A program made the translations under genes and the position numbers. The notes below the pieces were generated by a model. It was not told the DNA's origin. It saw only the letters and a list, made by a program, of their open reading frames with translations, and made no database searches. A stretch of DNA of 64,000 nucleotides from the NCBI GenBank assembly GCA_964234715.1, contig OZ174278.1; one strand, 5' to 3'. Source of the stretch: Podarcis melisellensis. Taxonomy: Eukaryota. Positions 23,578-33,876 of this stretch are shown here, piece by piece (position 1 is the first letter of the stretch; every line of letters begins with the position of its first letter).

Positions 23578-23849
23578 AGAAAATTCATAATCAGCCCTTT
23601 GCAAAATCAGCAGGCTCCTCAATAGGCCTCAACCAGCACAAAATAAAGAAAAAAAGGCAACCCAACAGATTTAGGTTCCTAAAATGGCCGTCACCCCCCC
23701 CCCCACTCGAGGAGGATCCAAGATGGCGCTCCTGCCAAAAGCAGAGTGCATAAAATGGCATCCAAACTTCGCTTAGTCACAGGAGTGACATTCGCGCCAA
23801 AAAATACTCACAAAATGGCCGCTGTGTGCACTAAAGAAAATGGCACTCG

Positions 23850-24335
23850 TGGGAATGAGATAAATAAGAAAGAAAGGAAGCTATTTTTATATGCAGTGAC
23901 TGCAGCAAGAATACTGATGGCTCAGAAATGGAAGCAAGAGGAGCTTCCTACATTAGAAGAATGAAGATTGAAGATGACGGACTTTGCAGAACTTGATAGA
24001 CTGATGGGAAGGATCCGAAATCGACGAGATCAGAGATTTATAGAAGACTGGGAAAAGTTTACAGAGTATATGCATAAATTAAGTGATAATCAAATAACGC
24101 TTGTAAGCTTCAATGAAATTCTGTAAAAAGAAATGTTAGAATATGAGTAAAATAAGATTTAATTTATAAAAAATAATAGAAGTAAGGTTTTAGAAATGTG
24201 TAAGAAATCAAGAAGGGAAGGAGTATCAGTCAAGTTGAGGGAAGTCAAAAAAGAGAATGGATATAAAAAAGATGTATGAACTGTATAAATTTTATATTGG
24301 AAAAAATTGAATAAAAATTATTTTAAAAAAGAAAA
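23850..24335 (+). mobile_element. 5'-truncated L1 (ORF2 C-terminus, 3' UTR, polyA)
   Basis: Encodes LFLYAVTAARILMAQKWKQEELPTLEE*...EDWEKFTEY; AATAAA at about 24310; perfect 13-bp TSD AAAATGGCACTCG at 23837-23849 and 24336-24348. Confidence 0.9.
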
Positions 24336-25581
24336 AAAATGGCACTCGCACCCCCTCTAATCACTACCAATAGCCTCCAGTCCTCCCGGGCCTGCCAATG
24401 GTATTCCTGCCAAGTTTGGGGGCACTTGCAATGGCGTACGCCCCTCTTCCACAGCATTAACGCCCCACCCTGGCTTGCTCTCAGCTAAGGACTGGTGTCC
24501 CCCCCCCAAAAAAAAACCTGGGCACCCAGGATGATGCATCCGCAAAAGAGGCTCAACCGAGTCACAAGCACCATTGGGGGGTTAAAATAATAGGGAATTC
24601 CCCACCAAGCAAGATATGAAACTGCACTCTCAGCTGGCCAGAGACCCTGTTACCCAAACGCTTCCAGCGGACCACTGCAGAGAGGCGCTTGAAGCACGGA
24701 TAAAGGGGATAGATCCCACAGGAAAAAGAAAAAACTGCAAGGGAAGGGGAAAGGGGAGGGGGGAGTTAAGGAAGGACTGGGAAGAGAATTAAATGCAATG
24801 GAAAAACTCCTAGGCTATTCCTTAAATTAGAAGGAAAATAAAGGCAAACTTTCCGGCAGGTTTCCAGAGTCTTTTCCGCTGAGCTCCATCTCCAGTGTGA
24901 TCCGGTGGACAAAGCGAAACAGAAGAATCTCAAAGCAACATGCAGATATATCTATCCCTCGGAAGGGATTTCTGCAACCCCATTGGCCGGAACAGGTCCC
25001 ATGCTTCCGAGGGACCTATCGGGTAGCTGTGGCAATCCAAACTTACCCACCCAAGAGAGAGTCAGTTGTGGTGATGTCTCTGGGAGGAGAACCTGATTTC
25101 CAGAAGAAGATCCAGGTATTTTGGAACCCCCAAATATGAGACATCCAGATGGAGGGAATGCTGAAAGCATCTGTATGGATGTGAGTGTTCCTAATCTCCA
25201 ATGCACTCCATTATTCCTGCCATCTTCTTCACTGGAGTTCACTTCCCATCCACTGATGGGAAGAGAAAGGCCCGTGGACTGTCAATCCCAGTGGTACTTA
25301 CCTTTTGCAATGTAATACAAGCCCTGCTTTCCAAGGAATAATTGGGTGTATATTTTAAGACTCCCAATTGCTCCTTTGCTGCTGTGTCTTTGCCACACCT
25401 GACATCAGGTGAGGGCCAGGTTTGGGGGAAGCAGCTTTGTGGGCCCAATCAGGACCCCTGCAAGGCCTGAATAGGCCCTCATGGTAGAGGTGAAGGCAAA
25501 ATGATAAACAGGCCCATAAAGGTCTCCCTCCAGAAAGAAGATGACAAGTTTGGAATTACTTGAGCAATTCAGAATCTGTAA

Positions 25582-25685
25582 GGATGACCAAACTGCAGGA
25601 GGCAGTGGAAGACAGGAGTGCCTGGCGTGCTCTGGTCCATGGGGTCACAAGAGTCGGACACAACTAAACGACTAAACAACAACAA
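25582..25685 (+). mobile_element. BovB (RTE) LINE 3' end
   Basis: AAACTGCAGGAGGCAGTGGAAGACAGGAGTGCCTGGCGTGCTCTGGTCCATGGGGTCAC...GAGTCGGACAC followed by a (CAA)n tail. Confidence 0.9.
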
Positions 25686-27175
25686 GGATAAACAGTTGTG
25701 ACTGACCATATGGTGCACAGGAGGGGAAACAAGTGTTGTACCCTCCAAACGTTGTTGAACTCCAGTTCCCATCACTCCCAGCCACCATTACCAGAAAGTG
25801 CCCAGATTTTAAAACTATGGAAGGATGTTTATAGCTGCTCTAACCTCTTCTCCAAAACCATTTGAGGGGCAAAAAAGTTTTCCAATAGCATGATTGTTGA
25901 AAAGCTGATAACTGTCAACTGATAACAGTGAACTGTAACTAAACCACCACAATGAGCTCCAATGGGCAGATTTAGAGGCTGTTGGCTGAAGTCCAAACAA
26001 TCCTGACAGTGAATCTCCAGATTTTGATCAAAGTGAGCTGCTTATAGCCTCTCTCAGCCTTCTGTTTCAGATCCCACTGAAATCCCTGAGTGTATGTTAC
26101 ATGTTGAATGTATAGCACTGGTAACTTGGCAGACCGCCCCTATCTGTAAACAATATTTTTCCTTTGCCAGCTTTAGAGGTAAAATGGCCTATTCTCAGAT
26201 AACAAATTTAGTCAGAGATGACATCTTTATTACATTATTAAACACATCAGTCAATAACACCTGGTGTAATTGCATCTTCCTATGTGACTGGGGTAGTTAT
26301 TTAAATGATAGATCCCCCCCCACCGAAAGTCAAACTATTGTTGCTGAAAGAATATTGTTCTAATAGGATTTTACAAAAGGCATAGTGGATCATGACGACT
26401 ACTTGTCTGGATCGCAGATAAGGAAATGACCTGTGCTCAGATTACTCTCAAAATTATTTGAAATTGTGTTGTAAAGAAAGAGCTCTTGATTATACCTGAT
26501 GCTTGTCTTGTGCTACATATCAAAACTAGCACCTGACAGTTATAGGAGAATGTGAATGAGTGTAACGGTGCAATTATTTTGGAGAAGATGGAGGAACTCC
26601 GTCAAATTTTTTTTTAAAAAAGTATTTAATAGGCATATATCCTCCCCTCTCACTTTCAAGGTCTAGGCAAAGATGAAAAGTGATATTGTTGCAAAAGTAC
26701 ATTGAATGTTCTTGAGTGAGTTGAATATTAAATAGGAGCTGGGGAATCGAAGCCTGTAAGGGCAGAGGAAACTGTGGCAAGGATTGAAGAGGGAACTGCC
26801 ATTCAGACAGGTGATCTTCTGATTCAGACGTCAAATATATTACTTTGAAAATAAGATACAATGCTGGGGTTTTTTTGTTTTTGTTTTTTTGTTTAAATAA
26901 ACAAAATGTGGAAAGGGTAAACTGATGGTTGCATCAACAGAAGACAAAAATGGTGCTTCATCTGTGCAGCAGGAAGGGTTAATGCAATTTGGCAACAGCC
27001 TCTACCACCCTAGTCTCATTTGGCATCACCCCAGAAACGCATCAGTAAGCAAGTTCATATTTGCAGCAAGAAAAGTGGCCAGGTAGGGAGCACCTGCATA
27101 ACCTTTCATGGTGGTTGTAGGAAGGATTGCATGGCACCAAGCTCAGAAGGAACATATTTCTATGTGTGCAATATG

Positions 27176-27430
27176 CAGTGGGCACTCAGGTTGGGCATCC
27201 CACACGGATCACGTTCGCAACCCACAACATCCGCAACCCGCAGCGGCGCGTCTGCACATGCGCGGGTTGCAATTCGGTGCTTCTGCGCATGCACAAAGTG
27301 TGACTTAGCGCTTCTGCGCAGGCGTGACCGTTAAAACCCGGAAGTAACCCATTCTGGTACTTCCAAGTTTCGGCGGTCCGCAACCTGAAAAAAATGCAAC
27401 TTGAAGCATCTGTAACCCGAGGTCTGACTG
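27176..27430. mobile_element. Tc1/mariner-pogo-type MITE
   Basis: CAGTGG...CCCGAGGTCTGACTG|TA; internal TGCGCATGC motifs; related to the copy at 62058-62309. Confidence 0.8.
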
Positions 27431-27439
27431 TACAGGGTT

Positions 27440-28130
27440 TATCAAAACGCTGCATAAGTGAAGAGGAGCTCATCCTTCCCCCCCCCCCCCTGCAGTCCTC
27501 TGTGTCCTCAAGAAGCTTCTCTGGGAAAGGGCTCCTCCTCAACAGTTCACTACATGAAACTGCAGTCTAAGTGGGGGATCTTGCGCAGAGAGGAAATCCC
27601 CTGGAGAGAGATCTAGGGCTATTCCCTTCCCTCTGCACTGCAGTTCTGAGGAACAAAAGCCACTTCCATACCCTCCACCATTCCTCAGAGGAAATAGGGA
27701 CATTTTTATCAGAGGGATGTTGGAAGGTGTCCTTCCCCTTGGGTGCCTGTGTTTCTGCCGGCCACAGGAATTCTCACTCCCCCCACAACTGGCCCTCACT
27801 GACCCCCACTTTTTGACCCCACCCCTTATTCAGTGTTTCCTACCAGAAGAAGGGTAAGTGCCAGGTACGTCTGGGAGGGGGGCCCCTTCTACCCTCCCAG
27901 GGTGGGACCATGTGACAAACGTGGTTATCTGAGTCTCTGTGTGTGTCCATTTCTCTTCTGCTTGGCAGCTGCCCCAGCAGCATCTGGGTTTCTGCCCCCC
28001 CCCAGTTCTCACTCCCCCCAAGTGACCCTTCTCAACCCCTATCAAAGAAGGCCAAGTGCCACCACCCCCACACCTATCAGACAAAGGACAAGCACCACCC
28101 ACCATCCTGAGGAAACCCCTGAATCCTGAT
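27440..28130 (-). mobile_element. Probable degraded LTR-like element
   Basis: Minus strand starts TCAGGATTCAGGGG and is purine-rich, like the solo LTR at 7924-8359; no TSD found. Confidence 0.35.
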
Positions 28131-28617
28131 TTTATTTTATTTTATTCTTTGGTAGATTTACAAAAATCAAACCACACACCAATGCTGTAGGTAGATAAAG
28201 GGATGAAGAAACTCCCTTGAGGACAGACTGAGTGACTCCGGCTGCACAGCAAGTGCTTACGGCAATCACTAGTATCCATGTGGAAAACAGGCACATAAAG
28301 ACAGTATGCAATAATTAATAATAACAGGAATAAATATTGATAAATTGAAAAACAATATTTGGCACACATACAGAGCAATAGTAATTAATAATAAAGGGCT
28401 AGGGGAATACATAATTGAAATAAAATCACTCAAGACTGATTAAAAAAGACTACAGGCAGGCACAGGCAAAGTCTGCAGAAGCAGAAGGAGAAGGGGCCTC
28501 ACACATCTGAGGTGGCGGGACATCAAATAAAATTAAAACAGAACGAAGGATTTCTAATATTAATAAATTGAATGGAAATAAATTTAAATGGTGGGTAATC
28601 AAAATAGGGTGAAAAGA

Positions 28618-28763
28618 CTTGGGCAGCTCAGTCAGCACAGCAGAAGACTCTTAATCTCAGGGCAGGGGTTCAGGCCCCACATTGGACAAAAGATCCCTGC
28701 ATTGCAGGGGGCTGGGCTAGATGACCCTCAGGGTCCCTTCCAACTCTGCAAGTCTATGATTCT
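28618..28763 (+). mobile_element. tRNA-Lys-derived SINE with a CR1 3' tail
   Basis: AGCTCAGTC...AGACTCTTAATCTCAGGG...GGGTTCAGGCCCCACATTGG resembles tRNA-Lys(CTT); the following GCATTGCAGGGG...CTAGATGACCCTCAGGGTCCCTTCCAACTCT...TATGATTCT matches the CR1 ends at 49504 and 54645. Confidence 0.8.
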
Positions 28764-28949
28764 AGGACTATCCAGATATTAAGCATTTGTGGATTGTGTT
28801 TTGAGTTGGGCTATTAAGGCTCTGGCAGATAGAGACCAGTAGTGGGTCCAGCGGTCAAGAAGGTGGTTTCTGCATGTGCTGTAGAGGGAGGCGAGGGGCA
28901 GATGAGACTCGTCCACTAGGAGAAGGAAAACTCTGATCCTAAACCCTCA

Positions 28950-29305
28950 CTGATAGGGACTCAAGCAGCTTACAGATTAAACAGGAACAGCTATAAACAG
29001 GATAGAACAGTTATAGAACAGTTATAGAACAGCTATAGAACAGCTATAAACAATCTTTAACCAGGAATTAACTGTTTATTGAATTAAAACTATATATAAA
29101 TATAAAATATCCATTTTAAACATACAGGTGATTACAATAAAAACAGCATGGCACCAGCCCTTTCATTAAAAGCAGTCAGTTCCTCAAAGCCTGTTGAAAT
29201 AAGGTCTTCACCTGCCAGTGAAAGGAAAGCAAGGAAAGACCAAGAATAACTTATCCAGGGAAGGAGTTTCAAAGTCTGGGAGCAGCCTCCAAAAAGGCCT
29301 TCCTA
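28950..29305 (-). mobile_element. L2-type LINE 3' end with internal (AGAACAG[CT]TAT)n repeats
   Basis: Minus strand reads AGGCCTTTTTGGAGGCTGCTCCCAGACTTTGAAACTCC (RAF..AAP.LWNSLP-like); similar to 3880-4190. Confidence 0.65.
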
Positions 29306-29311
29306 ACAAGT

Positions 29312-30329
29312 TAGAAGACATCAAGAAGAGGTGGCAAGAATACACAGAAGAACTATACCAGAAAGATAGGGATGTCTCGTACACCCCAGGTAGTGTGGTT
29401 GCTGACCTTGAGCCAGACATCCTGAGAGTGAAGTCAAATGGGCCTTAGAAAGCACTGCAAATAACAAGGCCAGTGGAAGTGATGGTATTCCAGCTGAACT
29501 ATTTAAAGTTTTAAAAGATGATGCTGTTAAGGTTGCCAGCAAGTTTGGAAGACTCAGCAGTGGCCAGAGGATTGGAGAAGATCAGTCTACATCCCAATCC
29601 CAAAGAAGGGAAGTGCCAAAGAATGCTCCAACTACCGCACAATTGCACTCATCTCACACGCTAGCAAGGTTATGCTTAAAATTCTACAAGGCAGGCTTAA
29701 GCAGTATGTGGACCGAGAACTCCCAGAAATACAAGCTGGATTTCGAAGGGGCAGAGGAACCAGAGAACAAATTGCAAACAGGCACTGGATTATAGAGAAA
29801 GCTAGAGAGTTCCAGAAAAATATTTACTTCTGCTGCATTTACACAAAAGACTGCGTGGACCACAGCAAACTATGGAGGGTTCTTAAAGAAATGGGAGTGC
29901 CTGACCACCTTATCCTGAGAAATCTCTATATCAGACAAGAAGCAACAATTAGAATTGGATATGGAACAATTGATTGGTTCAAAATTGGGAAAGGAGTACG
30001 ACAAGGCTGTATATTGTCTCTCTGCTTATTTAACTTATATGGAGAATTCATCATGCAAAAAGGCTGGGCTGGATGTATCCCAAGCCGGAATTAAGATTGC
30101 CAGAAGAAATATCAACAATCTCAGATATGCAGATGACACAACCTTGATGGCAGAAAGTGAGGAGGAATTAAAGAACCTTTTAATGAGGGTGAAAGAGGAG
30201 AGCACAAAATATGGTCTGAAGCTCAACATCAAAAAAAGGAAGATCATGGCCACTGGTCCCATCACTGGAAGGACAGATCCTGAAGCTGAGGCTCCAATAC
30301 TTTGGCCACCTCCTGAGAAGAGAAGACTA
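29312..30329 (+). mobile_element. BovB (RTE) LINE RT fragment, frameshifted and internally deleted
   Basis: DIKKRWQEYTEELY, MLKILQGRLKQYVDRELPEIQAGFRRGRGTREQIAN, KGVRQGCILS and NNLRYADDTTLMAESEEELK. Confidence 0.95.
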
Positions 30330-30850
30330 CAATAGAAGAGTGGCAGTACAAGGTTATGGAGTATGCAGAAAAAGCCAAACTAACTGCAAAAATTTGACAT
30401 CAGGGTGATGAAACATATCAGAAAGAATGGGGGAAATTTATGTTATATATAGAGAAGATGATGTGAAATAGAGAAACCAGTAGAACTAAAATATACCTCA
30501 TAACGGGAAAACACAAGAAATTTATTGGATAATAATATCAAAATGAATTAAAAATGTATATTAGGACTATTGTTGAACAATATTTGTAAATGAATATAGA
30601 CAGACAACAAGAATTGTATATATAGAAAGATTTATTTGTTTACAGGCATTTTATGGGAAAAAATTAAGAAGAAGAATTATATATAAAATGGACAAAGACA
30701 ATGCGAAAAGTTAAAGATGACATAAAAAAGCTGGAAGAAGGAAGGAGGGAAGTCAGCTCGGGAGGGCAAGAACAAATGTGAAATATAATGTATGTGTGTG
30801 TATAGTATTTAACTAAAAATTCAATAAAGATCATCTGGAAAGGGGAAAAA
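30330..30850 (+). mobile_element. L1 3' fragment
   Basis: TIEEWQYKVMEYAEKAKLTAKI...KEWGKF (ORF2 C-terminus); AT-rich 3' UTR with GAGGGAAGTC and AATAAA at about 30823. Confidence 0.8.
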
Positions 30851-31399
30851 GAGCTTGCTTGAGCCTACATTTCACAAGCTTGATTTGAAACTTTTAAGAT
30901 TAAAACCAGCACCTCCAATTGTGTTGAGAAACTGACTGGAAGCCAACTACTGTAACTGCTTTCAGAATTGGGGAGAAATGCTATGTGCAAGTCAGCATCC
31001 AATGACAACTGGATGGCTGCACTCTGTACCAGATAGGATTCCTGAGCATCTCTGAAGACATGCCCACCTAGATGGCATCACAGTAGAGAACGTTATTGGA
31101 ACACGGATGTCAGCAGTCAAGTCCTGCTGAATTTCAGATAAGGGAAAATTTGTTTTCAATAGGTAAGGTTGGGAATGAGCAATCTGGCCTTAGTTTTTGC
31201 CTTCAGTTTTCTAGGGGAAAGCTTGGAAAACTCTGAGTTTCTGTGGGAATTCTCCAAGAGAGCTCTGAAAACTGAACTCATTATGATGCAGACCACTTGA
31301 AAAGTCAGGAGGAGGAAATCCTTATCCTGCCACTTTGTTGTGGTTGTTTTTTAAAACAAAACCAGGAATGCTATTTCTCCTGCACTCCAGAATGAAAAG

Positions 31400-31419
31400 G
31401 TGTGTGTGTTTGTGTGTTT

Positions 31420-31453
<34 letters not shown>
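31400..31453. repeat. Imperfect (TG)n microsatellite
   Basis: TG run with TTTG interruptions. Confidence 0.9.
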
Positions 31454-31454
<1 letters not shown>

Positions 31455-32266
31455 GAGACTGGGAATCAGCACCATCTCTGAACTTTCATGTGGCCTCCTT
31501 TGGCATATTTCCTAACAAGAGCCTACGATGAGCTCCTGAAGAGCCTCCCTCTTACCTTGATGAGCACTTAAAATGTAATTTACTGCTGCTTTCAATTACT
31601 ACAGATTCCACAAGTGTTTACTATTTTTTGGCATACTGCAAGCTCAGAACCAAATGATGATGAATGAACCTGAAGACTTCATTCCTGGTGGTTGTTTTTT
31701 AAATTAAACCCACCACCACCAGGAATCTGGCGTTAAGGCAAAATAAGATATTTAGACTAATCTGCATGACTTCTATGTGAAACTTTAATAAACTGTCAAG
31801 AAAATGTGCTAACACTCTGGTGAAAGCAATGCGCCATGCTGACAGTTTTTTCATGGGAATAAGTTATTTCTTTCAGAAATGAAAGGGGCAGTGGCATATT
31901 TCATTTCACAAATATCTTATCTTTATTCATTATGCAGAAAGGGCTGCTTTCACTGTGAAAATAAGCTCCTATCGGGCATCCAGACTCTAGGTTCAACTAC
32001 TTCAGAAAGATGTCATCCCTTCCCTCACTCACGTCTCATCACTTTTTCCTCTAGGCATAAAATAGAAAGCACTCCAGCAACACCAGCTTTCAAATGTGCT
32101 GCCAGCTCTTTTCTTCCTCTCTGTTTTGCTCTTGAAAAACAAAAAAGGCCTTTATTTATTGAAGGACCAAGAAGTCCACAATTGCTAGGAGCGCGTACAC
32201 ACACATACATGCCTGAGAGACGATCCAGTAAACATGGTTGAGGAGGGGGGGGCGTATATCACTCAC

Positions 32267-32345
32267 CTGTAAGGATGTGAGGTGGAGTTTTAAGTGTGCC
32301 TCCGTTCATTGTTTGGGTTCAGGTCTGTTGCACTCATACCTACAG
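32267..32345 (-). other. Candidate exon of a minus-strand host gene (possible start MNGGTLKTPPHILT, phase 1)
   Basis: Acceptor TCTGTGCTTCCATTTTAG, with an alternative TAG 6 nt downstream; consensus donor CAG|GTGAGT; ATG at 32309 with A at -3. Gene not recognised. Confidence 0.4.
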
Positions 32346-33330
32346 CTAAAATGGAAGCACAGACTAGGGGAAATAACACTATTTTTGTCTTCTCTTCTCT
32401 AATTTATTTATTTATATTGGGGGGGGGCACATTCTCCACGCTAGTGTACTTGTGCAGGAAGGGGGAGAAAAACCTAAGAAGACATTTGAAGGGTGAAAAT
32501 GTGTGACAAGTAAAGTGTGAGAGTACATGCAAAAATTTCATTATTATTCTGAAATTCTCTTTTCTTGCCAGAAGACGACCAGAGTGGAAGCCAAGGCATA
32601 ATAATATGGAACTGTGGAATAATAATGAAGCAGAACTCAATAAATGGTCTCCTAACTACTGTGTTCCCTTGCAGTGACTGGTTTGCATGAGGCTGCTGGA
32701 TTGCATTTCAGAAATCTAGCAAGTGGATTCCACAAGCCAAAGGACTCCAAAATCACTATTAATTTTGGATTGTGCATAGCTTCACTATAGTAGTTAATGA
32801 AGCTGCCACTCTGCATGTAAATTACTATTTTTTGTTACAGGAAGTGCCTTCCCCCACATCAAATTCTGAAAACGAAGGCAAAAGTAACTTCAAGAGCCCC
32901 AAATTCTATTTCATGGACAAATTGGCTCTCGCTGTGCTAGAAATTACAGGTTTCAATTCTGAATTTTGGCCATTAGATATGAAAATGGGAGGTCCAAAAG
33001 TATTGTAAGCATTTTAAAGGCAGCTTCGTGTTCATAGCTTCTAGAGAGAGACTCAGAAATGTCCCCCTTTTAGACTTCTCATGTAATTTGTGCACCTTGG
33101 GAATCTCAGACCGTGGTCCTGCTCTCCCTTTCCTTTCTGTGGGCTCCTTGCATCTGTGAAGGGGGCCTGGTGTGAATCGTAAGGGTGGAAGGCGCCGTGT
33201 GAGGGAAGAGAGGGGCCTAGATGGCAGCCCTGCAGTGTAACTCTCCCAGAATACGGCAGGTCTCCGGGGGGGGGGTCCTCGATTGCTGGAATCTTTTCCT
33301 CTCTTCCAATCCCAGCTCGTGCTGGGATTC

Positions 33331-33564
33331 TGTTATGTACCAAGCTTGGATCCTAGAACAATAGGCAAGTAGGATCCTAGAATGCAACAACTGATTGGCC
33401 TGCAGGAAAAGACCAATCAGGCTCTAGGAGGGAAGCAGAATCTGCCAATCAGACGGGACTCTGATTGTGTAAATAATGTATATAAAAGCCTGAGGTTTGG
33501 GGGGCAATTCAATCACTGTTTTACAAGCTGCAATAAATCACTACAGGACTCGGAATATATTTCA
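33331..33564 (+). mobile_element. Solo LTR, 234 bp
   Basis: TG...CA ends; 5-bp TSD GATTC at 33326-33330 and 33565-33569; three CCAAT/ATTGG boxes, TATATAAAA at about 33479 and AATAAA at 33532, in U3-R order. Confidence 0.9.
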
Positions 33565-33828
33565 GATTCTCTCCTGGCTGGAGAGAGGGGGAGATGGGGG
33601 GGCCTCAGTGGGGCCCCCTTGATCCCGTGGTCCACGGCCCACCTGCTGCTGCTACATTGTGCTAGTCAGTACCTCTGGAGGCCAAATTGCATTGGTGGGG
33701 GGGGGGTAAATTGCATTTCCTGGGCACTGAAATGTCCAAAGTGGAGCCGGATCCCTTCTGGATTACCTGCTTCCCAGGCTTCTGTGTGCTTTCTATGCTG
33801 CCCATGGAGAGGTGGCTTTCTCACTCAC

Positions 33829-33876
33829 CTCACAGCTGAGTGTAGCAGAATTAATGGTGGAGAAAGTGACCCCCAT
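33829..33876 (-). other. Candidate first-exon coding segment MGVTFSTINSATLSCE (phase 0)
   Basis: GGGGGCATGG Kozak context; open frame to donor GAG|GTGAGT; G/C-run-rich region upstream at 33950-34630. Confidence 0.3.

Larger units (their letters stand above)
18890..25040 (-). mobile_element. Decayed, internally deleted tyrosine-recombinase retrotransposon (Ngaro/DIRS group) with an SGNH hydrolase ORF, interrupted by two L1-type insertions
   Basis: Minus-strand order is gag-like, RNase H C-terminus, tyrosine recombinase, SGNH hydrolase, then AATAAA (plus-strand TTTATT at about 18950). CCAAT and TATA-like motifs near 24945-24986. Both ends are approximate. Confidence 0.85.

Noticed and set aside
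28618-28690. Functional tRNA-Lys gene
   Set aside because: D-arm and acceptor stem are degenerate and it is fused to a CR1 tail; treated as a SINE.
31681-31726. 12-bp inverted repeat ATTCCTGGTGGT / ACCACCAGGAAT
   Set aside because: Too short for a pre-miRNA, low-complexity loop and no TSD; likely chance or a local template-switch event.
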